In this document: positions 1 to 11,805 of the stretch, piece after piece
Layout: each line of letters opens with the position of its first letter
Position numbering within the stretch: position 1 is the stretch's first letter
Assembly: GCF_963921235.1 (NCBI RefSeq)
Contig: NC_086106.1
Location: forward strand, 71,114,001-71,178,000
Direction: 5' to 3'
DNA: 64,000 nucleotides
Origin: Mobula hypostoma
Taxonomy: Eukaryota
Notes under the pieces: generated by a model
What the model was told of the DNA's origin: nothing
Seen by the model: only the letters and a program-made list of their open reading frames with translations
Databases searched by the model: none
Made by a program: the position numbers and the translations under genes

Positions 1-609
1 CTGAGCTCAACAATTTCATCAACTTTGTCTCTGACTACTACCCTGCCCGTAAATTCACGTGGTCTATTTCTGATGCCACCCTCCCCTTTCTTGCTCTGTC
101 TGTTTCTATCTCTGGAAACAAAAACTGTAGATTAACATCTTTTATAAAGCTACTGATTCCCACAGTTATCTTGACTATACCTCTGCCACCCTCTCTCCTG
201 TAAGAAAGCTATTCCCTTCTCTCAGCTCCTTCATCTCTGCCACATCTGTTCCCAGGATACAGCTTTCCTTTCCAGAAGATCAGAGATCTCCTTCTTCAAA
301 GAATAGGATTTCCCTTCCTTCACCCTAGAATCTGCCCTCACCTGAATATATTCCATTTTCCAAACATCTGTGCTCACTCCTGCTCATCTTAAGTGGCCAC
401 AATACTACACCTGCCTATTCACGTCCTCCCTCACCTCCATTCAGTCCTTCGAGGTGAAGCAACACTTCTGCGGCCTCTTCTACATTGGTGATTCCCATTG
501 GAAATTGGGGGACTACTTCGTTAAGCATCTCCACTCCATTTGCCAAAAGTGAAGCTTCCTGGTAGCCAAACATTTTAATCCCCATTCCCATTCCTGGTCC
601 AACATGTAC

Positions 610-671
610 TGTTGCCACAAAGACAACAAATTTCGTGACATATGCTGGTGATATTATACCTGATTCTGATT
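610..671 (+). mobile_element. ~60-bp Rex1/Babar-type 3' tail inserted in the PLE
   Basis: ACAAATTTCGTGACATATGCTGGTGATATTATACCTGATTCTGATTC matches the LINE tail at 2540-2595 (ACAAATTTCAAGATATGTATCAGTAATAATAAACCTGATTCTGACTCTGATTC). It interrupts PLE sequence that is contiguous at ~20213-20235. Confidence 0.7.
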
Positions 672-809
672 CGGTCCATGGCCTCCTCATGCCAAAATGA
701 GGCCTCTCTCAGGATGGAGGAGCAACACCTTATATCTGGTCAATGCGGCCTCCAACCCAATTTATCCTTCCGGCAAAAAAAATAAATTCTCTCCCTGTCC
801 CCTCTTGTA

Positions 810-1455
810 GCAACGACCTCCTCCCTCCCCCAACAGCAAAAAGCATCGGCACCTCCCACCGAGCACTCAAGCGTGCAGCAAAGCATCAATAAAGACACAG
901 GCATGTACTACGCCAAAGACAACTCTTTCACTCGGTAATTTGACATACCACAGGCTCTCTCTCTCTCTCTCCCTAATAAGGGAAAAAGAGATGTCCCTGT
1001 TCCACAGGGAGAGGGGAGACATAACAAAACAACTCACTGATTTACGGTGTTAAAGGTCTGTTGCATCACTTTTTCTGAGCTCTGTGCACAAAGAACTCTG
1101 GTCTTTGGGCACACAGCCAGCAGCCAGCTCACTGCTTTCGATCTTCTGTGTACTCCCACTCCACCTCAGGCGGCAGCACCGGCCTTGAATCCGTCTGCTT
1201 CCAGAGCTACAAAAACTCGGCACCTGAAGACATGCTAGTCTTCCAGGCCAAGTCCTAGGCATATCGAAAAGCTGATGGTCGTGAGGCCCTGACAGCAGGT
1301 CCCATTTCCACAAAGAACTGAAGTTAGCATGTAACTCCAAGTCAGGGTCTTCAAAAGAACCTTAAAAGGAAAAGAAAAGAGATATCAAAGATAGAAATAG
1401 AGCTGTTTGCAAAGATGCAAACAAAGGAGTCGCCATTAGGCACCATCATCCTCCT
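810..1455 (-). mobile_element. Non-autonomous retroposon (Rex-tail family), copy A
   Basis: Shares (GA)n-GCCTGTGGYATGTCAAA with ~37181-37220. Has an ATGGTGCC 5' end and a pyrimidine tract followed by AGGT, like the other copies. Confidence 0.6.
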
Positions 1456-1819
1456 AAGCTCCCTCTAGCTATCCTTCTTCTCCTCTGCTCACCTTTTTAT
1501 TCTGACATCTTCCCCCTTCCTTTCCAGTCCAGAAGAAGGGTCTTGGCCCATAATTTCGACTGATTATTCAATTCTATAGATGCTGACTGACTTGCTGAAT
1601 TCCTCCAGCATTTTGTATGTGTTGCTATAACTGAAATATGTTTAGAAATAGTGAGTAAAGGATTTTTTTCCTCCAGTAAAATATTTCATCCCAATATAAA
1701 TATGCTAGAGTAAGTTTACAAAAAGTTCCATTAACATATGATAATTCTAATGTTACATAAAATTAAACCTTAAAGGACGCAATCGCTAGCTCTTACTAAT
1801 CAGGGTTCACCACCGATGA

Positions 1820-2595
1820 ACACTGTTGCTGGCAGAATCACAGATGGAAATGAGGAGATATACAGGAGTGAGACAGATTGTCACAATAGCAGTCTTACAT
1901 ATGACATCAATAAGACCAAGGAATTAATTGTGTACTTTCGGAAGAGGAGGTCGTGGGAGCACATACCTCATTGAGGGATCAGTGGTGGGCAGCTTCTGAG
2001 ACTAAACATCCCAGAGGATCTACCCTGACTCCAGAACATGGATACAATCACGAAGAAGGCTTGCCAGTGGCTCTATTTCATTGGGAGTTTGAGAAGATGT
2101 GTTAAGTCACCAAAAGTTTCTTGCATGTTTCTACATATGTAGAAATACATTCTGATGTTTACATCACAACATGGTGTGGAACTCCAATGCAGAGGATCTC
2201 ACAATTCTGTAGCCAACTGCAGGCCCAATTAGTTCCATCACGAGCACAACTTTCCGCACCATCTAGGACATCTTCAGGAGGTGGTGTCTCAGGAATGCAG
2301 CATCCATCATTAAAGACCCTCACCATGCAATGCATGTCCTCTTCATCTTATTACCTACCACAGAGGAGGTGGTACAGGACACTGAAACCATACATTCAGC
2401 ATTTAAGGGACAACTTCTTCAACGCTGCCATCAGACTTATGAGTGGTCCATTATCCATGAACACCACATCATTATTTGTTGTTGCACTATTTATTTATTC
2501 TTGTAACTTATAGTAAATTTTATGTCTTGTCCATAAAGTAACAAATTTCAAGATATGTATCAGTAATAATAAACCTGATTCTGACTCTGATTCTA
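1820..2595 (+). mobile_element. Rex1/Babar LINE, 5'-truncated and degenerate
   Basis: RT C-terminal remnants (TVAGRITDGNEEIYRSE, NKTKELIVYFRK) and a 3' tail AATAAACCTGATTCTGACTCTGATTCT. Confidence 0.8.
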
Positions 2596-2935
2596 ATACA
2601 TCCCGCTTGCAAGCAGATTAGGTAGGCTTGAAGCCTGCTGAACTCCAGTGAATGGGAGGAGTGGTTGCAGAGCTTTGTACAGTGAGCACAACAGCTGATC
2701 CTAAAAGCTGGTGAAAGCCTTGACCGTCACTGAAGCCCTAATCCAGTTCTGTCCATTGTCAAAGCTGTGTGGATTTATAATGTTACTAAATGTATTTGAT
2801 GTCCAAAAATATTTTAAAATTATTGAAAAGATGTAAAGAATAACAAAATTTAAGAAAAAGAAGCATCTAAAACATTCATTGCAAAAGTGATTGAATAAAA
2901 ATAATTTAGCTTTCCTTTTTCCTCTCCCTCAACAG

Positions 2936-2998
2936 CTCTTTATTCCAAATGAAACCAATGGAGTCCCCAATCGATGGTTAGATCAACAAACCACAGAT
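2936..2998 (+). CDS. Candidate internal exon of an unidentified host gene (alternative donor would extend it to 3057)
   Basis: Strong acceptor TTTCCTTTTTCCTCTCCCTCAACAG. Donors GTGAGT (2999) and GTAAGT (3058). Frame 0 stays open to 3057 while the other two frames hit stops: LFIPNETNGVPNRWLDQQTTD(VSVDSNASTKECFEIHNAH). Lies in non-repeat DNA. Confidence 0.5.
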
Positions 2999-3206
2999 GT
3001 GAGTGTAGATTCAAATGCAAGTACTAAGGAATGCTTTGAAATACACAATGCTCATGAGTAAGTTCAACTTTTTCATTATACTGTTCTGTAAGTCTCCTGG
3101 ATATTGGCATTAACCAGACCAACAGGATAAATTTCAACATTAAGGTGTATATTGTTACCTGTTCCAGTGAAATGCAACATCTTTAAAAGCAGCAGTTTGT
3201 TGGAAA

Positions 3207-3281
3207 AGCAACACACATAAAAGTTGCTGGTGAACACAGCAGGCCAGACAGCATCTATAGGAAGAAGCACAGTCGACGTTT
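3207..3281 (-). mobile_element. Single arm of the PLE mini-element, truncated inside the hammerhead
   Basis: AGCAACACACATAAAAGTTGCTGGTGAACACAGCAGGCCAG...CAGTCGACGTTT, near-identical to the arms at 27762 and 60495. Confidence 0.8.
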
Positions 3282-3539
3282 ATACAAAAGAAATACTAAT
3301 TTTATTGAAGAAGCTTATTTGAAGAGTATACACAGTCTGAAACAACTTAATGGAGACCCAGTTATGTGGTTTTTAGTATGATTCTGGGAGGATTCATAGC
3401 ACAGTTTGTGACTTAATTCTTTAAGTTTAGCTAATTGATTTTAACATTCCATAAGAACTTGCCTGAACAAGTTTAGCTGCAGGGACGCGAGGCCTAGGGA
3501 GAAAGGGTCAATACATAACTTTTGAACCATCTTGACTAG

Positions 3540-4175
3540 AGTAGGGTTGTCAGTAATATTAGATGGACTGTTACCTGTTAATTGCCTACTACAAAATGGC
3601 TCCTCTGAAGTGTTAAAATAAAATGGTTTCTCATACTGTTAACTGCTGAGCAAGGAGTTCTCTGTGGCAGCACGTTTGGATTATACTTAGTGATAATGGA
3701 AATTGTATTTGTTTGCTAGCTGATGGAAGTCATGTTATGCTATCTTGTATGTGTGTGCTGAGCTGAGGATCAGGGGCTTTTCGGGAGGAGAACTGAAGAG
3801 GAAGGACGTGCTGGAAACGCTCTGGTCGACCACCGTGGTTGGTCCCAGGCAGCGAGTCGAGGGGGTCGGAGGGGATCGAATGGTGGAACGAAGACTCTGT
3901 TAATTGAGCTCCAACGGTTGTGCATTAAGAGGTTGAACTCTGATAAATTTGACGCCTTTTACTTTCCTTTTATATTGTATCTCTATTAATTACATAGTTC
4001 CAGTAAGATCTATAAAGTGTAATCTGTAAATTGTACATTGTGTGCTGTCTGATATTTGATGTGTGAGTCTGTACCAGGCGGCATTACACAGCAACTACGC
4101 AAATGTGAGACACAGTTTGGCAGGCAGGTGGGGTTTCCCCTAGATAAACACGGGCCAATAGCCCTGAGTGTTATA
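3540..4175 (+). mobile_element. Probable solo LTR (Gypsy-like) with decayed termini
   Basis: Flanked by CTAG (3536-3539 and 4176-4179). Termini AGTAG...GTTATA are each one change from TG...CA. CpG-rich core, 636 bp, similar in size to the LTR at 48430-49056. Confidence 0.55.
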
Positions 4176-4229
4176 CTAGCAATTATATGATCTTTTGAGG
4201 GACTTAAAAATAAGCATGCTGGTATGGCA

Positions 4230-7035
4230 CCTTTATGTACATAGCCATGGCTGATAAAGAGGGAGCAAGGGAAGACTCCAAGCCAGACTAAAACAACAGG
4301 GTATAAAAATTCTTCTACCCAGTATATTGTGAGCGAACGTACAGTCACTCTAGAGCAAGACTGAGGAACTAAGGGGAATGTTGCTGTATCGCAGTGGAAA
4401 TGAGAAATTGCCGTGTTCTCTGTTTCAGCGACACATAGCTCACTCTGACATGCCAGACATGTTGAACCACAGGATGGACTGAACTGATGATCTGGAAAAG
4501 GGAAAAGGTGAGGGTCTGAATTTCATGATAAACTCTTAGTGGTATTTGTGTGTAACACTCTTGTCACACTCTTGTTCCCATCACCAGGAACAAGTAATAA
4601 TTAAGTGCCACCCATTTTACTTACCAAGAGAGTTCTCCTCCATGATGCTGACCACAGTTTACATATCACCAAAGGCTTATGTTAAGCAGACACTCAAGCT
4701 ACTAGTGCTGCCACCAGCAAACAAGAAGCAGCCTACTCTGACACCTGTTAAATCATTGTGCGGGACATCAGTTTGAAGAAATCTCCACCCAGTTGTCATC
4801 AGCATATAACCTACAGTACCAAGGGTCCCAACACAGAAAATCTGATCAATTGGCTGGCTGTCCTCCAACCTACTTCCAGGCAGAGGCTCTAGAAGTAAGG
4901 AAAAAGGAGAGATTGTAGCAGGAGACAGTGGAGCAGCTATGGGATTTCATCATGTTGGTGAAGTGGGCCATGTTCAGGGACTCATGAGAGGATTTAAACA
5001 AATTCCCAAAGATAGTCACAGACTTAATAAAAACTGCTTTCTGATGAGTGTGTCCCCTTAAAGTCATTCAATCTTCCAAGACCTGGCGGAATCATAAGAT
5101 CCTCAATCTCTGAGGTCCAGATCAGTGGCATTCAGGTCTGGTGACCAAACGGGCCAGGTAAGATCTCAGGAAAGTCACCTCCCATATGAAGTGGCAATTC
5201 CAGATTAAACATGAATCACTGAAGGATGCTTGACACTTATGGCAGGGCTTGAATGCCATCACCTCACACAAAGTGAAATCAAGAGGCATATGTTCTGCAA
5301 CAAGGTTCTGCACCAGATAAGCTTTTATGCTCGCTTTGACCACCAAAACATGAAGGCACCTTCACAAACTTCCTCAGCCCATAATGACCCTGTGATGTCA
5401 GTATCCGAGAGCATCCTTCAAAATGGTAAACCCACGGAGAGCACCCAGCCCCAACAGGGTACCTCGACAAGTGCTAAAGGCCTGTGCTGATCAACTGTCT
5501 GGAGTGTCACCGACATCTTTAACCATTCTCTTTGTTGGTTTGAGCTAACCTATTGCAGTGCAGAAGAAGAACATGGTGACTTGCCTCAATGATTATTGTC
5601 CACTCTGATGAGATGCTTTGAGAGGCTGGTGATGAAACATATTAACTCCTGCCAGAGAGTGACTTGGATCTGCTCTAATTTGCCTACCATTACAACAGGT
5701 CAACAGCAGGTGCCACTTCATGGATCTTCACTCAACCCTGGAGCTTCTGGACAGAGAAGATGCATACAGTGCATCAGGAAGCTCTTCAGTGACTGCAGCT
5801 CAGCATTCAGTACTACATCCACTCAAAACTAATGAATAAGCTTCAAGACCTTGGCCTCAATACTTCTTTTTGCAAATGAATCTTCAATTTCTTCACTTGC
5901 AAACTACACTCAGTTTGGATTAGCAACAACATCTCTTCCACAATCTCCATCAGAACAGGTATGCTTCAAGGCTACTTTGCCCACTGCTCTACTTACTTTA
6001 TACTTAGGACCGCGAGACTAAGCACAGCTCCAATGCCATATTTATGTCTGCTAACAACACCACTATTGTTGGCCAAATCAAAGGTGGTGATGAATCAGCA
6101 CATAGGAGGGAGATTGAAAATCTGGCTGGGTGGTGCTTCAACAACAACCTCTCACTCAATATCAGCAAGACCAAGAATCTGTTTATTGACTTCAAGAGGA
6201 GGAAGCTGGAGGTTCATGAGCCAGTCCTCATCAGAGGATCAGAGGTGGAGAGATTCTGCAACTTTAAGTTCCTCAGTGATATCATTTCAGAGGATCTGTC
6301 CTGGACCCAGAATGCAAGTGCCATTTCAAAGAAAGACTCTGCTTTCTTAGACATTTGTGAAGATTCATCAGGTCATCTAAAATTTGGACAAACTTCTGTA
6401 GAAGTCTGATGGAGAGTAAATTGACTGGGTGAGTCATGACTTGGTATGAAAATACCAATGCCCTTGAAAGGAAATGCCCACAAAATGAAATAGATACTGT
6501 CCAGCCCATCACAGGTAAAGCCATTCCCACTATTGAACATATCCACAAGGAGTGCTGTAACAAGAAAGCAGCATCTATCATCAAAGACCCCCACCATCCA
6601 ATCCATGCTCTCTTCTCACTGCTGCCACCAGAAAGAAACTACAAGCGCCTGAGGATTCACACTAACAGTTTTAGGAACAGTTATTACACATCAACTATCA
6701 GCCTCTTGAATCAGAGGAGATAACTACATTAAACTTCACTCGCCCCATCATGGAACAGTTCCTACAATCCTACGATCTCACTTTCAAGGACTCTTCATTT
6801 CATGTTCTCAAATTTAATGATTATTTATATATTTTTTTTCTTTCTTTTTGTATTTTCACAGTTTCTTGTCTTCTGTAAATTGATCTTTTGTCTGTCCAGT
6901 TGGAAGTGGTCTTTCATAGATTCTATTGTATTTCTTGTATTTACTGTGAATGCCCACAATAAATGAATCTCAAGGTTGTATATGGTAACAGATATGTACT
7001 TCAATAATAAGTTCACTTTGAACCTTGAACTTTGA
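4230..7035 (+). mobile_element. Near-full-length degenerate Rex1/Babar LINE
   Basis: N-terminal PSIL*ANVQSL. APE remnants (CHPFYLPREFSS). RT remnants (STLMRCFERLVMKHI; TTIVGQIKGGDESAHRREI; ISKTKNLFIDFKR). C-terminal KAASIIKDPHHP..LFSLLP. Tail AATAATAAGTTCACTTTGAACCTTGAACTTTGA. Confidence 0.85.
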
Positions 7036-7087
7036 AAAATAATTTCAGTGTGTAGTCATTGCATACTAGCATAGAAGTTCAATTTAC

Positions 7088-7217
7088 ATTCCATCTCTTC
7101 AGGTAAGATCTACTTCTCCTCCATTCTTCTGTATGCTCTTCCCTGTAATCTACTAACTGAGTTTCAAAATCAAAATTGCTTCCTCCCTGCTCCAAATAAC
7201 CTTTAGTACTTGTAAAA
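7088..7217 (-). CDS. Low-confidence candidate exon
   Basis: Acceptor CATTTCTTTACAG, donor GTAAAT. One open frame: FTSTKGYLEQGGSNFDFETQLVDYREEHTEEWRRSRSYLKRWN. Confidence 0.25.
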
Positions 7218-7909
7218 CTGTAAAGAAATGTCTGATAATCACAGTCTGATGGCTTGCTGTGATTCTGCACTTATTGGTTCTTTTAAACTCAATACTGCTT
7301 CTATGCATGTTTATTTTATTCTTTGAAATAGCTGCTTTATTAAATTGTATTAACATTTCTTCTGATCAAATTTTTAAATCATCCCATTAATAATCTAGAA
7401 CCAAAAATGAATGTATCATTTAAATGTCTCCTTGTGGTGACAGGAGAAATAAATTCGACCATGAAAAATTTGTTGAGCTAGGAAACTGCCTGTCCCATTA
7501 TAATTGTCGATTGATCATATTTTGATTTAATGACCACAATCTTTGAACTCAACAGTTTAATGGTAAGAGATAAATGTAGAATCTCACCAGTCTCTGTTAT
7601 CTTGTCCAATGGCAAATCTTTTTCTTTAAAGTTCCTATGCCGTACCCTAAGCATATGGATGACATCATATAGATGCATACTCTTTATTTTCCTGGACTTA
7701 TATAATTATGATTAAAACTATCGATTTTCCTTCTACAGGGCATAATTTTCCATGGTCTTTATATCATGCTGTTTGTGTAGCTTTAATTCATGGCTGAATT
7801 TTATCAGTGCGCAATTGTCAATGCAGATAAGCTCCAATTCTTACCAGAAGAATGATAGTAGAACTTGGCACATGAAGAACAGCAATGGAAAAGGCAAGAT
7901 ACATTTTTT

Positions 7910-8430
7910 ACCAAGTTGAAGTTCCCTAACCATATCGCAGCCACCATCCTGCGACCAGACATTGTCCTAGTGTCTGAGTCGACTAAGCAAGTGGTGCTGC
8001 TGGAGCTGACAGTCCCATGGGAAGATAGCTTGGAGGAGGCCTTTGAAAGGAAGCTCTCCAAGTACGCAGGACTGGTCAGCAACTGTCAGCAGGCTGGATG
8101 GAGAGCGAGGTGTCTCCCAGTGGAGGTTGGTTGTAGGGGATTCGTAGCCCATTCTTTAGTTAGAGCCTTCAGCATTTTGGGCATCGAGGGAGAGAGGAAG
8201 AGGAGAGACATCCGCAGTACCACTGATGTGGCAGAGAAGGCCTCAAGATGGCTGTGGCTCAAAAGAGGGGAGCCATGGAGTCATAAGTAGCTAGCCATCT
8301 GGACACAAGCTGGGGTCTGATCAGCCCCGGATGGGTCACCTGGAGGTGGTTGTATGATGTTGAAATACCCAAAACACCCGATGATTCCAGGAACATCACT
8401 GAAGGTGTGTCCAGAAGCATCAATAGATGT
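7910..8430 (+). mobile_element. 3' end of an RLE-bearing non-LTR retrotransposon (HERO-like)
   Basis: ORF 7865-8290 has LRPDIVL...LLELTVPWE...ERKLSKY...PVEVGCRGF, a PD-(D/E)xK restriction-like endonuclease of HERO/R2-group elements. It is followed by a structured 3' UTR. Confidence 0.85.
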
Positions 8431-9359
8431 ATGTACACAGCATGTCCAATAATTCTGCTGCTATGGTGAGCTCATTCAGATTAGAGCAATGATAGAAATG
8501 TCTATTTGTTGGTCTGTTTGGCTCAGTTTTATTTTGATGCGATAGAGGTATTCCTGGGCAAAACTTGCATTTATTTGTGTTAACTGCCATTGAAATGATA
8601 CCGATGAACTTAATATAATAAAGGTTTTCCAATAATGTTTTGAGAAGGAGTTCTGGAAGCTTGGCATAGCAACATCCAAGAAACAATGCAGAGTGACATT
8701 GTCATAGTGTCACACAGCACAGGAACAGGCCCTGCAGCCAATTATGTCATATTCTCCCCTTCGACCTATCAACACTGATCTCATTTACCAGCATTATTTT
8801 TCTATTTCACCCTATCATATCCAGACTCTCTTCACACATTCGGGTCCTCTCCCAACCAACCAACTCTCGCTAACTCAACATGTGGCCAATTACTACTGTG
8901 TATTCCTTGGTTAGTTGTCCCTCTGCTTTATCCATCCCTGCTCCTGATTCACCCTAGGTCCGCTAGGCCATAACCCTTCTAGGTCCACTTGAGCTCCACC
9001 CTGAAATGGCATTTACATTCCAGGTTCATATAAACTTCACCATACCTTTCAGGTCCACTAGAAGGAGAAAGGCAAGTGTTGTACTGTCTAAAAAAGTTTG
9101 GGAGGGAATTCCAGATCGTAAGGCTGCTAACTGAAGGTATGGTTAAAGATAGGGATACTCAGAAGGCCAGAGTTTGAGCATTCTATTTATTTTGGAAATA
9201 TACCTGATGAATTAAGATTACAGAGAAAGGAATATGTGCTGCTATTCCTGAGAAAGATCTGAAAAAGTGCTAAGATTATGGCGTTAGTTCACCGGAGTAT
9301 TGGATTGATGTGAGATTGTTTAAATATGAGGATGAACAGCTCATTTTTGAGTAACTTAA

Positions 9360-9908
9360 GAATAAGTAGAAATAAAAAGAAGAATTGCCATTGCCAAACC
9401 CAACTTCCAAAAAATGAAACCCATTTTTACCAACAGACACATTTCTATAACAACAAGGCTTAGGCTACTAAAATGTTACATCTGGTCAATCTTGCTGTAT
9501 GCTTCCGGAACATGGACTATTACACCAGAACTCCAAAGAAACTTAGAAGCAACAGAAATGTGGTTTCTTAGAAGAATGCTGAAAATATCATGTAAAGATA
9601 GGGTAACTAATGAAACAGTACTCCAATATGTCTATACAAAAAAGATCTTTAATGTGAACATTAAATGAGAGGAAACTTAAATTCCTGGGCCATGTCATCA
9701 GAAAGGGAGAAATAGACTGCCTTACATTACAAGGCCGTATGGCTGGGGAATGTGGAAGAGGAAGGCAAAGAAGAAAATATATGGATACTGTGAAAGAACT
9801 AACAGATCTAAGTGTGCGAGATATCATTGATGCTGCGAGGGATCATTCGATGTGGAAAGCCATGATCACCCAAGCGTGTAACGTGCAAGGCACATGAAGA
9901 AGAAGAAA
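9360..9908 (+). mobile_element. RTE-clade LINE 3' fragment
   Basis: RLRLLKCYIWSILLYASGTWT...LEATEMWFLRRMLKIS..DRVTNE, then LKFLGHVIRK and GRGRQR. (GAA)n tail at ~9897-9908. Confidence 0.85.
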
Positions 9909-11310
9909 ACAGGTTATACAATGAAAATGATTGGTCAGAAATGCATTATAATTGACAGATTTGGAGAATGGCGCAAAAGCATGTCTGAAAGTTTCAACAG
10001 CAGTTAGCTGAAACAAGCAGAATTTGGACATGTTGTAGAAGAGAAAATCAATCTTATCAATTAATAAAACATCTACATTCTAGAGGTTGGGTGGACAATG
10101 TTACATAAAACTTTGTGCAGAATATTTAAGATTATGCCATCAATAATAGTGAGCGTACAAGGCTGGTGCATTTCCACTGCAAAGCATTAAGAGCTACATT
10201 TAGTTACATCTTTGGTTCAAGTTAATGACATTATGTGCCACATAATGTAGTCAGAATATAGAACATCACTACTAATGTTTTCCACTGAAATACTTTACAT
10301 AGGGCAGTATTCAACAAATCAGTATTAACCTGGACACATCACAAGGCTTGAATTGCATGATGAAATAACCTATAGGATGGCATAATGAAAAATAGCTGAT
10401 AAAAAGTTTATGACAAGACTGTGAGAACAGTAGATCAATTGGCACAGAAAGGAATTAGACAAAAGGAAGAATTTTAATTTAGTGGAATAAACAAAACTGT
10501 AATCCCCTTTAATTACTTTTGGGTACTATAGTCATTAAGGAAATAAATATTTGCCAGAGAAAAAAGTGATCATTAAAAGATTAATGTGTGTGTAGACACA
10601 CATACGTGCATGTGAGTCTGTGCATATGTAGGACAAAAGGACACATTATATGTTTTAAGATATTTGGAATATTAGAGCACATTACAAGCAAGTTAAGTGA
10701 GAACTATTGTTAATACATTATCTATATATTTTCAACCGATCTTGAACAAATGGATTTGCTGATGAATCTGAAACATTTTGCTGTAAACTGTATCTTTTGT
10801 CATTCAATTATGCAATTCAAGCCTTGTGATGTGTTCACTTTTGGTCTATACTTCCCTGAAGATATGAAATGATAATTCATGTAAGGTAATAATGAATTTA
10901 GTAGCTATCTACTACTTTATGTAATTGGCTTTCTTTCAGAACTGAGAATGGTCAATGAGTATCAGTAACCTTCTCAAATCTGAGAATTGTCATAACGAGG
11001 GGCACTAGGAGCAAACCCAAATGCAAGACACAGACACTGAAGTAGTAGGAACAGGACTTGACTAGAGAGCTGGGACAAGAACACAGACTTGAGCTAGGAC
11101 ATTGGCTAGGCAAGCGGGACAAGGACAAGGAACTGGGAACTAGGAACCTGAGCTTGGAATCTGAGCCAGAGCTTGGAATCCGAGTCAGAGACTGGACAAG
11201 GACCCAGAACCTAGGTCTTAACTCGGGCTTGTACCCCGGAACTAAGTGAGGACATGACATGGCTACAGGATTGGACATGACTTGGGTTCCTCAAGACTTG
11301 TGTTCTTCAT

Positions 11311-11417
11311 GGCTTGGGTTCCTCGAAGCGAGGACATGATGAGGCTTGGGTTCCTCGAGGCGAGGACATGACGAGGCTTGGGTTCCTCGAGGCGAGGACA
11401 TGACGAGGCTTGGGTTC
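11311..11417. repeat. 32-bp minisatellite inside the LTR
   Basis: GGCTTGGGTTCCTCGAGGCGAGGACATGACGA x3 plus a partial unit (starts at 11311, 11343, 11375, 11407). Confidence 0.9.
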
Positions 11418-11805
11418 AGACTCCAGCAGAATGTGGGGCCGGGACTCATACACAGAATGCTGAACACAACGAGACAGTTCCCAACATTAGGTAGTGGCAA
11501 ACGGCCAGACCTACGTAGCGAAGGCATGGACACAGAGATGGTTCCAACTCAATGATAGACAGTTCTTTCTCTTGACACAAAAAGGCTCCGGTCTAGTTCC
11601 GGTGGCTGAACTTGACCAGGTTGCAGGGCAAGGCTCCAGAAGAAAGGGGACAGGAAGGGAAAGGAACAGTCCAGCCTCAGGGTAACAGCAAAGACAGCCT
11701 GGCTTAGCCAATGGAGGCAAGGACAGGAAGGGACAGATCCAACAGCAGGCTAATGGCAAAGACTGCCTGACTTACCCCACGGAGGTGAGGACGGGATACT
11801 GACAA

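Larger units (their letters stand above)
1..1625 (+). mobile_element. Degenerate Penelope-like element (RT C-terminus, GIY-YIG endonuclease, 3' pLTR), split by two nested insertions
   Basis: 5' end reads ELNNFINFVSDYYPARKFTWSIS...YKATDSHSYLDY. ORF 370-552 contains CGLFYIGDS..LGDYFVKHLHSI (GIY-YIG-like). The pLTR end with a decayed hammerhead (CAGTCCAGAAGAAGGGTCTTGGCCC) resumes at ~1465-1625. Homologous to 18925-20723. Confidence 0.85.

Noticed and set aside
1677-1709. 33-nt exon-like segment encoding KIFHPNI (E2 ubiquitin-conjugase-like motif)
   Set aside because: The other E2 motifs are absent, and joining to the 2936 exon in phase 2 hits a stop. Probably chance.
3271-3281. Idea that the PLE arm begins exactly at the hammerhead cleavage site
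   Set aside because: It extends about 7 nt upstream of the GUC site (AAACGTC is retained).
7587-7692. Minus-strand exon candidate ending in GTGAGA
   Set aside because: The acceptor is weak and the phase is incompatible with the open frame of 7088-7217.
11311-11417. 32-bp direct repeats resembling a CRISPR array
   Set aside because: There are no unique spacers, the units are contiguous, and they lie inside a eukaryotic LTR.
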